Positions 30,511-41,278 of a stretch of DNA of 64,000 nucleotides are shown here, piece after piece. Under the pieces are notes generated by a model that saw only the letters and a list, made by a program, of their open reading frames with translations, was not told the DNA's origin and did no database searches. The position numbers were made by a program, and so were the translations under genes. The DNA lies in assembly GCA_977017575.1 (NCBI GenBank), contig CDRNVI010000083.1, positions 372,001-436,000 of the forward strand, in the 5' to 3' direction. Position 1 is the first letter of the stretch; every line of letters begins with the position of its first letter. Source of the stretch: Paramoeba atlantica (lineage: Eukaryota; Protista; Discosea).

Positions 30511-31539
30511 ATAATAATAATAATAACAAAAGACTATACACATGCAACTTTCAACGTACACTCTCCTTAGCGCACTGAAACATCTATCCACATCACGAAT
30601 AGGCCAAACCGCGGATTATGCGAATGGAGGTAGGAGACCTATCCTCTTTTGCAATTAGGAGAAAACGTGTACAAACGAGCACAAGCAAACCAGAACAATC
30701 TTACAATTAGCCATTTTCAGCTCAATATTTCACCATCGATATTCAACGCGGTACCAAGGGTTAAGCAGTGCGCAAGTTCTTGCCTTCATTGCCGCGTCAT
30801 ATGCCCGAAGAGCAACTCAGCGCCAACTTGTTCTCTGCTTGCCAAATAAACCACCGTATACTATCAATATTACGTACCCCACTCAGTGTTTTCGATGAGT
30901 ACGGATATTTAGCAATGAAATATACATAAATGCTCCAGAATATTATTAACGCGTTGATAAATAAATGTACCAAGAGGACATAACACTCCTGAAAATAAGC
31001 GTTCCAGATTAATGCGCAAAGTTATACACAGCAAATTTCGATTACATATAGCGGCTTTTCTTCACAAAAATGGGGGCATTCGTCAGTCTACCCCGTGATG
31101 TCTTGTACTGAGAAAACGTTACTGGATCCCCGGTATTAGCTTCTGGGTTGAGTGAACGAGCAATCCTGACTGTGCTGCCTTCTTCTGTATTTTTCAGTTT
31201 CCCTTTTTTCATATTCACTTTGTGTGGAGATTTTTCTTGGAGATCATGCTCCCTTTTTTGACCGTGATTAGATTTGTTTCCCTCCCTTTGCGTGTGAATG
31301 ACGCATGAAAAACGACGTGCAGCTGTTCTCTGTGCTTTGCGTGCTATTTCATCAGCTTTTTCATTGAAGGAATTCCCGCAGTGTGCCCGCACTTTAATAA
31401 CGTAGAGACTACTATCTGTACAACGCTCTTTAATTGCTCCTTGTATCTGCGTGAGTAGGTCAGCATTTGGCATGCCACCGTATCCAATGATTGAAAAACG
31501 AACCCTAACATTATGATACCAGTCCCATACATAATGAGA
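30509..31539 (-). mobile_element. APE-2 element 3' part: end of RNase H, 3' UTR, (TTA)6 tail
   Basis: Frame SHYVWDWYHNVR...MPNADLL...KVRAHCGNSFNEKADEIARK continues HTDSHYV at 41279-41300. (taa)n at 30509-30526. Confidence 0.85.
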
Positions 31540-34500
31540 TCAAGTTTTTTGTAAGATCAAGTTTTTTGTAAGATCAAGTTTTTTGTAAGATCAAGTTTTT
31601 TGTAAGATCAAGTTTTTTGTAAGATCAAGTTTTTTGTAAGATCAAGTTTTTTGTAAGATCAAGTTTTTTGTAAGATCAAGTTTTTTGTAAGATCAAGTTT
31701 TTTGTAAGATCAAGTTTTTTGTAAGATCAAGTTTTTTGTAAGATCAAGTTTTTTGTAAGATCAAGTTTTTTGTAAGATCAAGTTTTTTGTAAGATCAAGT
31801 TTTTTGTAAGATCAAGTTTTTTGTAAGATCAAGTTTTTTGTAAGATCAAGTTTTTTGTAAGATCAAGTTTTTTGTAAGATCAAGTTTTTTGTAAGATCAA
31901 GTTTTTTGTAAGATCAAGTTTTTTGTAAGATCAAGTTTTTTGTAAGATCAAGTTTTTTGTAAGATCAAGTTTTTTGTAAGATCAAGTTTTTTGTAAGATC
32001 AAGTTTTTTGTAAGATCAAGTTTTTTGTAAGATCAAGTTTTTTGTAAGATCAAGTTTTTTGTAAGATCAAGTTTTTTGTAAGATCAAGTTTTTTGTAAGA
32101 TCAAGTTTTTTGTAAGATCAAGTTTTTTGTAAGATCAAGTTTTTTGTAAGATCAAGTTTTTTGTAAGATCAAGTTTTTTGTAAGATCAAGTTTTTTGTAA
32201 GATCAAGTTTTTTGTAAGATCAAGTTTTTTGTAAGATCAAGTTTTTTGTAAGATCAAGTTTTTTGTAAGATCAAGTTTTTTGTAAGATCAAGTTTTTTGT
32301 AAGATCAAGTTTTTTGTAAGATCAAGTTTTTTGTAAGATCAAGTTTTTTGTAAGATCAAGTTTTTTGTAAGATCAAGTTTTTTGTAAGATCAAGTTTTTT
32401 GTAAGATCAAGTTTTTTGTAAGATCAAGTTTTTTGTAAGATCAAGTTTTTTGTAAGATCAAGTTTTTGTAAGATCAAGTTTTTTGTAAGATCAAGTTTTT
32501 TGTAAGATCAAGTTTTTTGTAAGATCAAGTTTTTTGTAAGATCAAGTTTTTTGTAAGATCAAGTTTTGTAAGATCAAGTTTTTTGTAAGATCAAGTTTTT
32601 TGTAAGATCAAGTTTTTTGTAAGATCAAGTTTTTTGTAAGATCAAGTTTTTTGTAAGATCAAGTTTTTTGTAAGATCAAGTTTTTTGTAAGATCAAGTTT
32701 TTTGTAAGATCAAGTTTTTTGTAAGATCAAGTTTTTTGTAAGATCAAGTTTTTTGTAAGATCAAGTTTTTTGTAAGATCAAGTTTTTTGTAAGATCAAGT
32801 TTTTTGTAAGATCAAGTTTTTTGTAAGATCAAGTTTTTTGTAAGATCAAGTTTTTTGTAAGATCAAGTTTTTTGTAAGATCAAGTTTTTTGTAAGATCAA
32901 GTTTTTTGTAAGATCAAGTTTTTTGTAAGATCAAGTTTTTTGTAAGATCAAGTTTTTTGTAAGATCAAGTTTTTTGTAAGATCAAGTTTTTTGTAAGATC
33001 AAGTTTTTTGTAAGATCAAGTTTTTTGTAAGATCAAGTTTTTTGTAAGATCAAGTTTTTTGTAAGGTCAAGTTTTTTGTAAGATCAAGTTTTTTGTAAGA
33101 TCAAGTTTTTTGTAAGATCAAGTTTTTTGTAAGATCAAGTTTTTTGTAAGATCAAGTTTTTTGTAAGATCAAGTTTTTTGTAAGATCAAGTTTTTTGTAA
33201 GATCAAGTTTTTTGTAAGATCAAGTTTTTTGTAAGATCAAGTTTTTTGTAAGATCAAGTTTTTTGTAAGATCAAGTTTTTTGTAAAGATCAAGTTTTTTG
33301 TAAGATCAAGTTTTTTGTAAGATCAAGTTTTTTGTAAGATCAAGTTTTTTGTAAGATCAAGTTTTTTGTAAGATCAAGTTTTTTGTAAGATCAAGTTTTT
33401 TGTAAGATCAAGTTTTTTGTAAGATCAAGTTTTTTGTAAGATCAAGTTTTTTGTAAGATCAAGTTTTTTGTAAGATCAAGTTTTTTGTAAGATCAAGTTT
33501 TTTGTAAGATCAAGTTTTTTGTAAGATCAAGTTTTTTGTAAGATCAAGTTTTTTGTAAGATCAAGTTTTTTGTAAGATCAAGTTTTTTGTAAGATCAAGT
33601 TTTTTGTAAGATCAAGTTTTTTGTAAGATCAAGTTTTTTGTAAGATCAAGTTTTTTGTAAGATCAAGTTTTTTGTAAGATCAAGTTTTTTGTAAGATCAA
33701 GTTTTTTGTAAGATCAAGTTTTTTGTAAGATCAAGTTTTTTGTAAGATCAAGTTTTTTGTAAGATCAAGTTTTTTGTAAGATCAAGTTTTTTGTAAGATC
33801 AAGTTTTTTGTAAGATCAAGTTTTTTGTAAGATCAAGTTTTTTGTAAGATCAAGTTTTTTGTAAGATCAAGTTTTTTGTAAGATCAAGTTTTTTGTAAGA
33901 TCAAGTTTTTTGTAAGATCAAGTTTTTTGTAAGATCAAGTTTTTTGTAAGATCAAGTTTTTTGTAAGATCAAGTTTTTTGTAAGATCAAGTTTTTTGTAA
34001 GATCAAGTTTTTTGTAAGATCAAGTTTTTTGTAAGATCAAGTTTTTTGTAAGATCAAGTTTTTTGTAAGATCAAGTTTTTTGTAAGATCAAGTTTTTTGT
34101 AAGATCAAGTTTTTTGTAAGATCAAGTTTTTTGTAAGATCAAGTTTTTTGTAAGATCAAGTTTTTTGTAAGATCAAGTTTTTTGTAAGATCAAGTTTTTT
34201 GTAAGATCAAGTTTTTTGTAAGATCAAGTTTTTTGTAAGATCAAGTTTTTTGTAAGATCAAGTTTTTTGTAAGATCAAGTTTTTTGTAAGATCAAGTTTT
34301 TTGTAAGATCAAGTTTTTTGTAAGATCAAGTTTTTTGTAAGATCAAGTTTTTTGTAAGATCAAGTTTTTTGTAAGATCAAGTTTTTTGTAAGATCAAGTT
34401 TTTTGTAAGATCAAGTTTTTTGTAAGATCAAGTTTTTTGTAAGATCAAGTTTTTTGTAAGATCAAGTTTTTTGTAAGATCAAGTTTTTTGTAAGATCAAG

Positions 34501-36978
34501 TTTTTTGTAAGATCAAGTTTTTTGTAAGATCAAGTTTTTTGTAAGATCAAGTTTTTTGTAAGATCAAGTTTTTTGTAAGATCAAGTTTTTTGTAAGATCA
34601 AGTTTTTTGTAAGATCAAGTTTTTTGTAAGATCAAGTTTTTTGTAAGATCAAGTTTTTTGTAAGATCAAGTTTTTTGTAAGATCAAGTTTTTTGTAAGAT
34701 CAAGTTTTTTGTAAGATCAAGTTTTTTGTAAGATCAAGTTTTTTGTAAGATCAAGTTTTTTGTAAGATCAAGTTTTTTGTAAGATCAAGTTTTTTGTAAG
34801 ATCAAGTTTTTTGTAAGATCAAGTTTTTTGTAAGATCAAGTTTTTTGTAAGATCAAGTTTTTTGTAAGATCAAGTTTTTTGTAAGATCAAGTTTTTTGTA
34901 AGATCAAGTTTTTTGTAAGATCAAGTTTTTTGTAAGATCAAGTTTTTTGTAAGATCAAGTTTTTTGTAAGATCAAGTTTTTTGTAAGATCAAGTTTTTTG
35001 TAAGATCAAGTTTTTTGTAAGATCAAGTTTTTTGTAAGATCAAGTTTTTTGTAAGATCAAGTTTTTTGTAAGATCAAGTTTTTTGTAAGATCAAGTTTTT
35101 TGTAAGATCAAGTTTTTTGTAAGATCAAGTTTTTTGTAAGATCAAGTTTTTTGTAAGATCAAGTTTTTTGTAAGATCAAGTTTTTTGTAAGATCAAGTTT
35201 TTTGTAAGATCAAGTTTTTTGTAAGATCAAGTTTTTTGTAAGATCAAGTTTTTTGTAAGATCAAGTTTTTTGTAAGATCAAGTTTTTTGTAAGATCAAGT
35301 TTTTTGTAAGATCAAGTTTTTTGTAAGATCAAGTTTTTTGTAAGATCAAGTTTTTTGTAAGATCAAGTTTTTTGTAAGATCAAGTTTTTTGTAAGATCAA
35401 GTTTTTTGTAAGATCAAGTTTTTTGTAAGATCAAGTTTTTTGTAAGATCAAGTTTTTTGTAAGATCAAGTTTTTTGTAAGATCAAGTTTTTTGTAAGATC
35501 AAGTTTTTTGTAAGATCAAGTTTTTTGTAAGATCAAGTTTTTTGTAAGATCAAGTTTTTTGTAAGATCAAGTTTTTTGTAAGATCAAGTTTTTTGTAAGA
35601 TCAAGTTTTTTGTAAGATCAAGTTTTTTGTAAGATCAAGTTTTTTGTAAGATCAAGTTTTTTGTAAGATCAAGTTTTTTGTAAGATCAAGTTTTTTGTAA
35701 GATCAAGTTTTTTGTAAGATCAAGTTTTTTGTAAGATCAAGTTTTTTGTAAGATCAAGTTTTTTGTAAGATCAAGTTTTTTGTAAGATCAAGTTTTTTGT
35801 AAGATCAAGTTTTTTGTAAGATCAAGTTTTTTGTAAGATCAAGTTTTTTGTAAGATCAAGTTTTTTGTAAGATCAAGTTTTTTGTAAGATCAAGTTTTTT
35901 GTAAGATCAAGTTTTTTGTAAGATCAAGTTTTTTGTAAGATCAAGTTTTTTGTAAGATCAAGTTTTTTGTAAGATCAAGTTTTTTGTAAGATCAAGTTTT
36001 TTGTAAGATCAAGTTTTTTGTAAGATCAAGTTTTTTGTAAGATCAAGTTTTTTGTAAGATCAAGTTTTTTGTAAGATCAAGTTTTTTGTAAGATCAAGTT
36101 TTTTGTAAGATCAAGTTTTTTCTAAGATCAAGTTTTTTGTAAGATCAAGTTTTTTGTAAGATCAAGTTTTTTGTAAGATCAAGTTTTTTGTAAGATGAAG
36201 TTTTTTGTAAGATCAAGTTTTTTGTAAGATCAAGTTTTTTGTAAGATCAAGTTTTTTGTAAGATCAAGTTTTTTGTAAGATCAAGTTTTTTGTAAGATCA
36301 AGTTTTTTGTAAGATCAAGTTTTTTGTAAGATCAAGTTTTTTGTAAGATCAAGTTTTTTGTAAGATCAAGTTTTTTGTAAGATCAAGTTTTTTGTAAGAT
36401 CAAGTTTTTTGTAAGATCAAGTTTTTTGTAAGATCAAGTTTTTTGTAAGATCAAGTTTTTTGTAAGATCAAGTTTTTTGTAAGATCAAGTTTTTTGTAAG
36501 ATCAAGTTTTTTGTAAGATCAAGTTTTTTGTAAGATCAAGTTTTTTGTAAGATCAAGTTTTTTGTAAGATCAAGTTTTTTGTAAGATCAAGTTTTTTGTA
36601 AGATCAAGTTTTTTGTAAGATCAAGTTTTTTGTAAAGATCAAGTTTTTTGTAAAGATCAAGTTTTTTGTAAAGATCAAGTTTTTTGTAAAGATCAAGTTT
36701 TTTGTAAAGATCAAGTTTTTTGTAAAGATCAAGTTTTTTGTAAAGATCAAGTTTTTTGTAAAGATCAAGTTTTTTGTAAAGATCAAGTTTTTTGTAAAGA
36801 TCAAGTTTTTTGTAAAGATCAAGTTTTTTGTAAAGATCAAGTTTTTTGTAAAGATCAAGTTTTTTGTAAAGATCAAGTTTTTTGTAAAGATCAAGTTTTT
36901 TGTAAAGATCAAGTTTTTTGTAAAGATCAAGTTTTTTGTAAAGATCAAGTTTTTTGTAAAGATCAAGTTTTTTGTAAA
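31540..36978. repeat. Tandem array of 17-bp AAGATCAAGTTTTTTGT, ~320 units; the ~19 units next to APE-1 are an 18-bp variant with an extra A
   Basis: Directly visible and highly homogeneous. Rare variants are mostly length changes in the T or A runs. Confidence 0.98.
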
Positions 36979-39900
36979 TTTATTTACAAAATGGCGGATG
37001 CTTCCGGTGCACGCATGCCCACTGCTATTATGAATCTTCTTGCGTGTTCCAAGCTTGATCGGGGGATTCTTTTCCGTCCTGCGAAGGGTGGAACGGAATC
37101 TGCTAAACTCCGCGCGAGGTCGTTAGGACACATTATGCGACTGCTTTGTTTAGGCGCTAAGCTTGCGGTGGTTTGGAGGTACGCGGATTCATCGAACTAC
37201 AGTGTGTGGGAGGGGGTAGTAGAGAGTTGGGTGCCGAGCCGCTGGCGTGTTCGCTACGCTCAGTGTTCGCGATTTACGCTTCCGTTCCCTCCATGTAGTC
37301 CTCACATCGTCCTCTGTGCTGCTCGGGTTTGTGCGCCTAAGCGTAGACGTCGTTTCAAAAAGCGCTCTCGCAAATACAGGGCACAGTCTGGCAAACGTGC
37401 TCTCCGTGACTTGGTGGGCCCTGGGGGCCCCGCTGTGAAGAGAATGTTGAGTGTGGGAACCTTGAACGTGACTACTCTTAAGCTGAAAGGTGAAGACGAG
37501 TTTAGCCTACGAAAGTGCGGACACCTTTGCGAAGTACTTGCCTTCATTGGTCTGAAGGGAATAAATATTCTTGGCCTGCAGGAAACGCGATTCAGATTCC
37601 CATCTTCTGAAAAGTCGGATGTCCTTCACCGCAAAGTACAATATCGGAACGCAGAGTTTCACTTGAACCTCATTCCAGCGCGCGCAAAGGATGCATACAA
37701 TGGAATGGGATTCGTCAGCACTTTTCCCTTGTCCAAGGTATCTAAAATCAGTGAAAGGATTATGTCGGGTGAATTTGAGATGGAGGAAGGAGTCGCAACA
37801 GTTATTAACGTATATTCTCCTACACGCGATTCTAAGGACGTCGAGGTTACGGAGTTCTACGGAGAACTCGAACGTTGCTGCTTGAGAATAAGGGAAAGCA
37901 ACCCGCGTCGCCCATTAATTGTGCTGGGCGACTTTAATGCACCTTTGACACATATAACAAATAAGGATCTAGATCCCATTGCGGCCGCCCGTCTTAAAGG
38001 ACTTTCTTGTTCTATAGACTGTAAGTCTGCGCACAGTCTTTGTCCAAGTAGTCGGAAATGGACATGCGAATTACCAAACAAAGCTTTAAGGCAGTTAGAT
38101 CACATATTTATTTGTAGCAGATTTGCATCGGCAGTTCAACGACACAAAGTGATCAAGGCACCCATTCCTACTACTCACTGTTGTGTTATAGCCAGAATTA
38201 AAATTAAATGGCGAGTCAGTGATCCCAAAACGAATACGAATCAGCTCTCGTGGATTTCTCTTCGAAATAGTGAGGATAGGAAGAATTTCATCAATAAAGT
38301 TCACGACCAATATCGAGCAACCTCGAACTCTTGTCGACCATGGGGCGCTCTCGCACAATATATGAAAAATGCTGTAAAAACTTTCAAAAAACCGACGAAA
38401 CGAAATTTGAACAAAGAAGCTGTAAAGGACTCAAAAATACATGATTTGCGCGGTTTATACCACAAGAGCAGAAACAAAAAGGTGTTCAACGCTCTCGTAA
38501 AGGAGAATAAAGAGGAAGTTGAAGAGATTATTTCTGACGAATGCTTGGAGATTGAAAAACAGCTTCGTAAAAACCATTCAAACCCATGGAGAACGATTCG
38601 AAAGATATGCGGGCAATATCGTGATACCTTTAGCACGAACGGAAGCTCACGAAATGATAAACTTAACGAAATTCGATCGTACTTCATGAAATTTAGTGGC
38701 GCTGATGATGGAGATCCAAATCTTAGCTTTGAACTGCTGCCGCCGCCGTTAGTACCAATATCTGATGCAGCATTTACAAGCGAGGAGTTAAGCACATCTT
38801 TAGAACATTTCAGAAGAGGAAAAACACCGGGAAGTGACGGAATACCAATGGAAGCCCTTCAAGCTATAGCGGCCCACCCTGATCTGAGATCGCATCTCCT
38901 GAATATAATCAACCAGGTACACGAAACGGGAGTCACAGAGGAAGCCTGGCGCAACACTCTTCAAATACCCATCCCAAAGAAAGGAGACCTCACTAACATT
39001 GAGAATTGGCGGCCTATATGCGTAGTAAATAGCGTAGTTAAGCTCATGAATCATATGATACTCTCCCGCATTAGACCCAACATTGAAAAGTCTCTTCGGG
39101 GTAACCAGTATGGGTTTCGACCTAACCGAGCGACTTCTGGAGCTCAGATTATCATGAACGAAATAAAAACCAAAGCATTCAGAGGACAAGGCCTTTCTGT
39201 AGCTTTTATAGACTTTGCTAAAGCATTTCCTTCGGTATCGTTCGCTGCTATTAAAGCTAGTTTGCATGCATTTCGAGTACGTCCATGTCTTTCTAAGATG
39301 ATAATGTCTATATACGATGAGCTGAAAGGCACTGTACGAACTTCTATTGGAATCACGAAACCTTTCCCTATCACTACAGGAATACTCCAAGGTGATGTAT
39401 TGGCGCCTTATCTGTTCGTTATGGTGTTAGATAGAATTCTCAATAAAGCACTTGATGGAAAATCAGACGGGGTTCTTCTCAGCTCTAGGGGTACAAGAAA
39501 GCGGGGTCTTCATGAAAAGCGCCTGAGTGACATTGAGTATGCGGACGATATAGCGTTATTTAGTGACACGAAGAGTGGTTTGACAAATATGATAGACAAT
39601 GTAGCTGAAGAGTCACGCAAAGCTAATCTGAAACTAGCCGTCGGAGCAAACAAGACAGCCTGGTTAACTTTTGGTAAATCTCAAATGAGCAGCGAGAGCC
39701 TGAACAGCAAATTCTCGGGGATGATTCCGAAAGTTACGTCTTACAAACACTTAGGGCATCGGCAGGAAAATGATTTTACATCTACAGTTAAAGATCGTTT
39801 GAAACTAGCTTGGGGATCTCTCTTTCGAATGAATGGTATTTGGTCTTCACCACTTAGCCCGGAGACTAAGCTGCGCCTCTACGATTCAATAGTATATCCG

Positions 39901-41278
39901 GTGCTAAACTTTGGGACAGGTGCACTTTCTATTTCAAAATCCATGCTCCGAAGAATTGACGTTGAAGTTAACAACATGAGAAGAATAGTTTGCCAATGCA
40001 ACAGATTAGATGAATACGGAATGAGCTACCCGAATGCTTCTCTGTATCTTGAAACTGAGCGCTTTTCTACTATACACAAGGTTCAGAGGGCCAAGCTCGT
40101 CGGGCACATGCTGAGGCACTCCAGTGATTTTCAAGAGCTTGTACAGTGGAAACAACGCCCGCATGCACGCAATTTATCTCCAAGCGAGGCTTGCTTCAAG
40201 GATCTTAACATTACACTGGAAGAGGCATTGGTATTTGCGTCAAACCGTGAACACTGGTATCGTCTGACAGAAAAATTGCGACGTGAACTTGAACCGCTCA
40301 TAGAATACGAAAAAATTGGGTCAGCAAAGTGGAAAACTGCTCTTGCCAAAGCTAAAAAACAAAAAAGTCCTTCAGAATTACAGTTCGTTGAAGAATCAAA
40401 TGTGCCTTTTCCAGCCTATAAAGCCATGCAAATATATACCGATGGCTCTGTTCTGCCGATGAAAAATACGAAAGAGATTCGAAGTGGCATAGGTATCGTA
40501 GTTCTAAAACCACGATGCGAACCCTCACGGATATCCATACCATTAGAATCAGACACTATTGAGCGAGTAGAGATCTTAGCTTTTCAGCATGCCCTTCTCC
40601 AACTGCCGTCAAAACCATGCGCTTGTCTATTTCATACAGACTCTTACTATCTATGGGACTTCTTTCACAATCTTCGATATCGGCGGCGAATCGTTGGTTA
40701 CAAGGGGGTTTTAAATGGAGATTTGTTCTCCCAGTTAGACGGAAAATTACGGTCCTTAAAACATGATTTGTACTCAATATATATGTGCAAAGTCAAGGGT
40801 CACTCAGGAAATAAATGGAACGACGAGGCAGATGGGTTAGCACTGATTGCAGCGCGAAAAGTTCCTCGACCGCCTGAGCAGAAAAAGAGAAAAACAAGTA
40901 ATGATTCCAACGCATCACAAATCGACAAATCCTTGGAAAAGCTGATAAAACATAGAACCTTGGAAAAGGGAAAGACGAAAACCAATCCAGCACCCAAGCG
41001 TGGCGCCGAGGCTAAAGTCACGCTGTGCGGGAAGATTGCGAAAACTGGTGGAAAGAGGGCGCCTTCATAGTAAGAGTTGGGCGGAAGATGTGTTTCCACC
41101 AGCAGGTTCGGAATACCCTGAGGAAGAGTTCAGGAAGATAAAGGAAAAGTATTGTGTGAAAGTAAAATAGTAGGCACTATTAAACTCTGAACTGGAAGGC
41201 GAGGGAGTATAAGTTCGGGGGGAAAACATTTAACATTCTAACTGACATATGTCGGTCTTTTGGATTGGATTGGATTGG
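36979..41278 (+). mobile_element. APE-1: full-ORF APE-RT-RNase H non-LTR retrotransposon with (TTGGA)4 tail
   Basis: 1359-aa ORF, ~190-bp 3' UTR, tail ttggattggattggattggat. The 13-bp TSD ATACATAATGAGA (31527-31539 and 41279-41291) encloses both element and array. Confidence 0.93.
36991..41070 (+). CDS. Polyprotein: N-terminal beta-rich domain, AP-like endonuclease, RT, RNase H
   Basis: APE: LNVTTL, LGLQETR, NVYSPT, VLGDFNA, LDHIF. RT: GKTPGSDGI, NWRPI, QYGFRP, IDFAKAFPSV, GILQGDVLAPYLF, YADD. RNase H: IYTDGS, HTDS, KVKGHSGNKWNDEAD. Confidence 0.94.
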   Translation: MADASGARMPTAIMNLLACSKLDRGILFRPAKGGTESAKLRARSLGHIMRLLCLGAKLAVVWRYADSSNYSVWEGVVESWVPSRWRVRYAQCSRFTLPFPPCSPHIVLCAARVCAPKRRRRFKKRSRKYRAQSGKRALRDLVGPGGPAVKRMLSVGTLNVTTLKLKGEDEFSLRKCGHLCEVLAFIGLKGINILGLQETRFRFPSSEKSDVLHRKVQYRNAEFHLNLIPARAKDAYNGMGFVSTFPLSKVSKISERIMSGEFEMEEGVATVINVYSPTRDSKDVEVTEFYGELERCCLRIRESNPRRPLIVLGDFNAPLTHITNKDLDPIAAARLKGLSCSIDCKSAHSLCPSSRKWTCELPNKALRQLDHIFICSRFASAVQRHKVIKAPIPTTHCCVIARIKIKWRVSDPKTNTNQLSWISLRNSEDRKNFINKVHDQYRATSNSCRPWGALAQYMKNAVKTFKKPTKRNLNKEAVKDSKIHDLRGLYHKSRNKKVFNALVKENKEEVEEIISDECLEIEKQLRKNHSNPWRTIRKICGQYRDTFSTNGSSRNDKLNEIRSYFMKFSGADDGDPNLSFELLPPPLVPISDAAFTSEELSTSLEHFRRGKTPGSDGIPMEALQAIAAHPDLRSHLLNIINQVHETGVTEEAWRNTLQIPIPKKGDLTNIENWRPICVVNSVVKLMNHMILSRIRPNIEKSLRGNQYGFRPNRATSGAQIIMNEIKTKAFRGQGLSVAFIDFAKAFPSVSFAAIKASLHAFRVRPCLSKMIMSIYDELKGTVRTSIGITKPFPITTGILQGDVLAPYLFVMVLDRILNKALDGKSDGVLLSSRGTRKRGLHEKRLSDIEYADDIALFSDTKSGLTNMIDNVAEESRKANLKLAVGANKTAWLTFGKSQMSSESLNSKFSGMIPKVTSYKHLGHRQENDFTSTVKDRLKLAWGSLFRMNGIWSSPLSPETKLRLYDSIVYPVLNFGTGALSISKSMLRRIDVEVNNMRRIVCQCNRLDEYGMSYPNASLYLETERFSTIHKVQRAKLVGHMLRHSSDFQELVQWKQRPHARNLSPSEACFKDLNITLEEALVFASNREHWYRLTEKLRRELEPLIEYEKIGSAKWKTALAKAKKQKSPSELQFVEESNVPFPAYKAMQIYTDGSVLPMKNTKEIRSGIGIVVLKPRCEPSRISIPLESDTIERVEILAFQHALLQLPSKPCACLFHTDSYYLWDFFHNLRYRRRIVGYKGVLNGDLFSQLDGKLRSLKHDLYSIYMCKVKGHSGNKWNDEADGLALIAARKVPRPPEQKKRKTSNDSNASQIDKSLEKLIKHRTLEKGKTKTNPAPKRGAEAKVTLCGKIAKTGGKRAPS

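Noticed and set aside
31509-31536. Hairpin cattatg/cataatg beside the 17-bp array as a template-boundary element
   Set aside because: It is RNase H coding sequence of APE-2 (HYVWDWYHN) and partly the TSD.
31540-36978. CRISPR array
   Set aside because: Repeats are contiguous with no spacers, no cas genes are present, and the context is eukaryotic.
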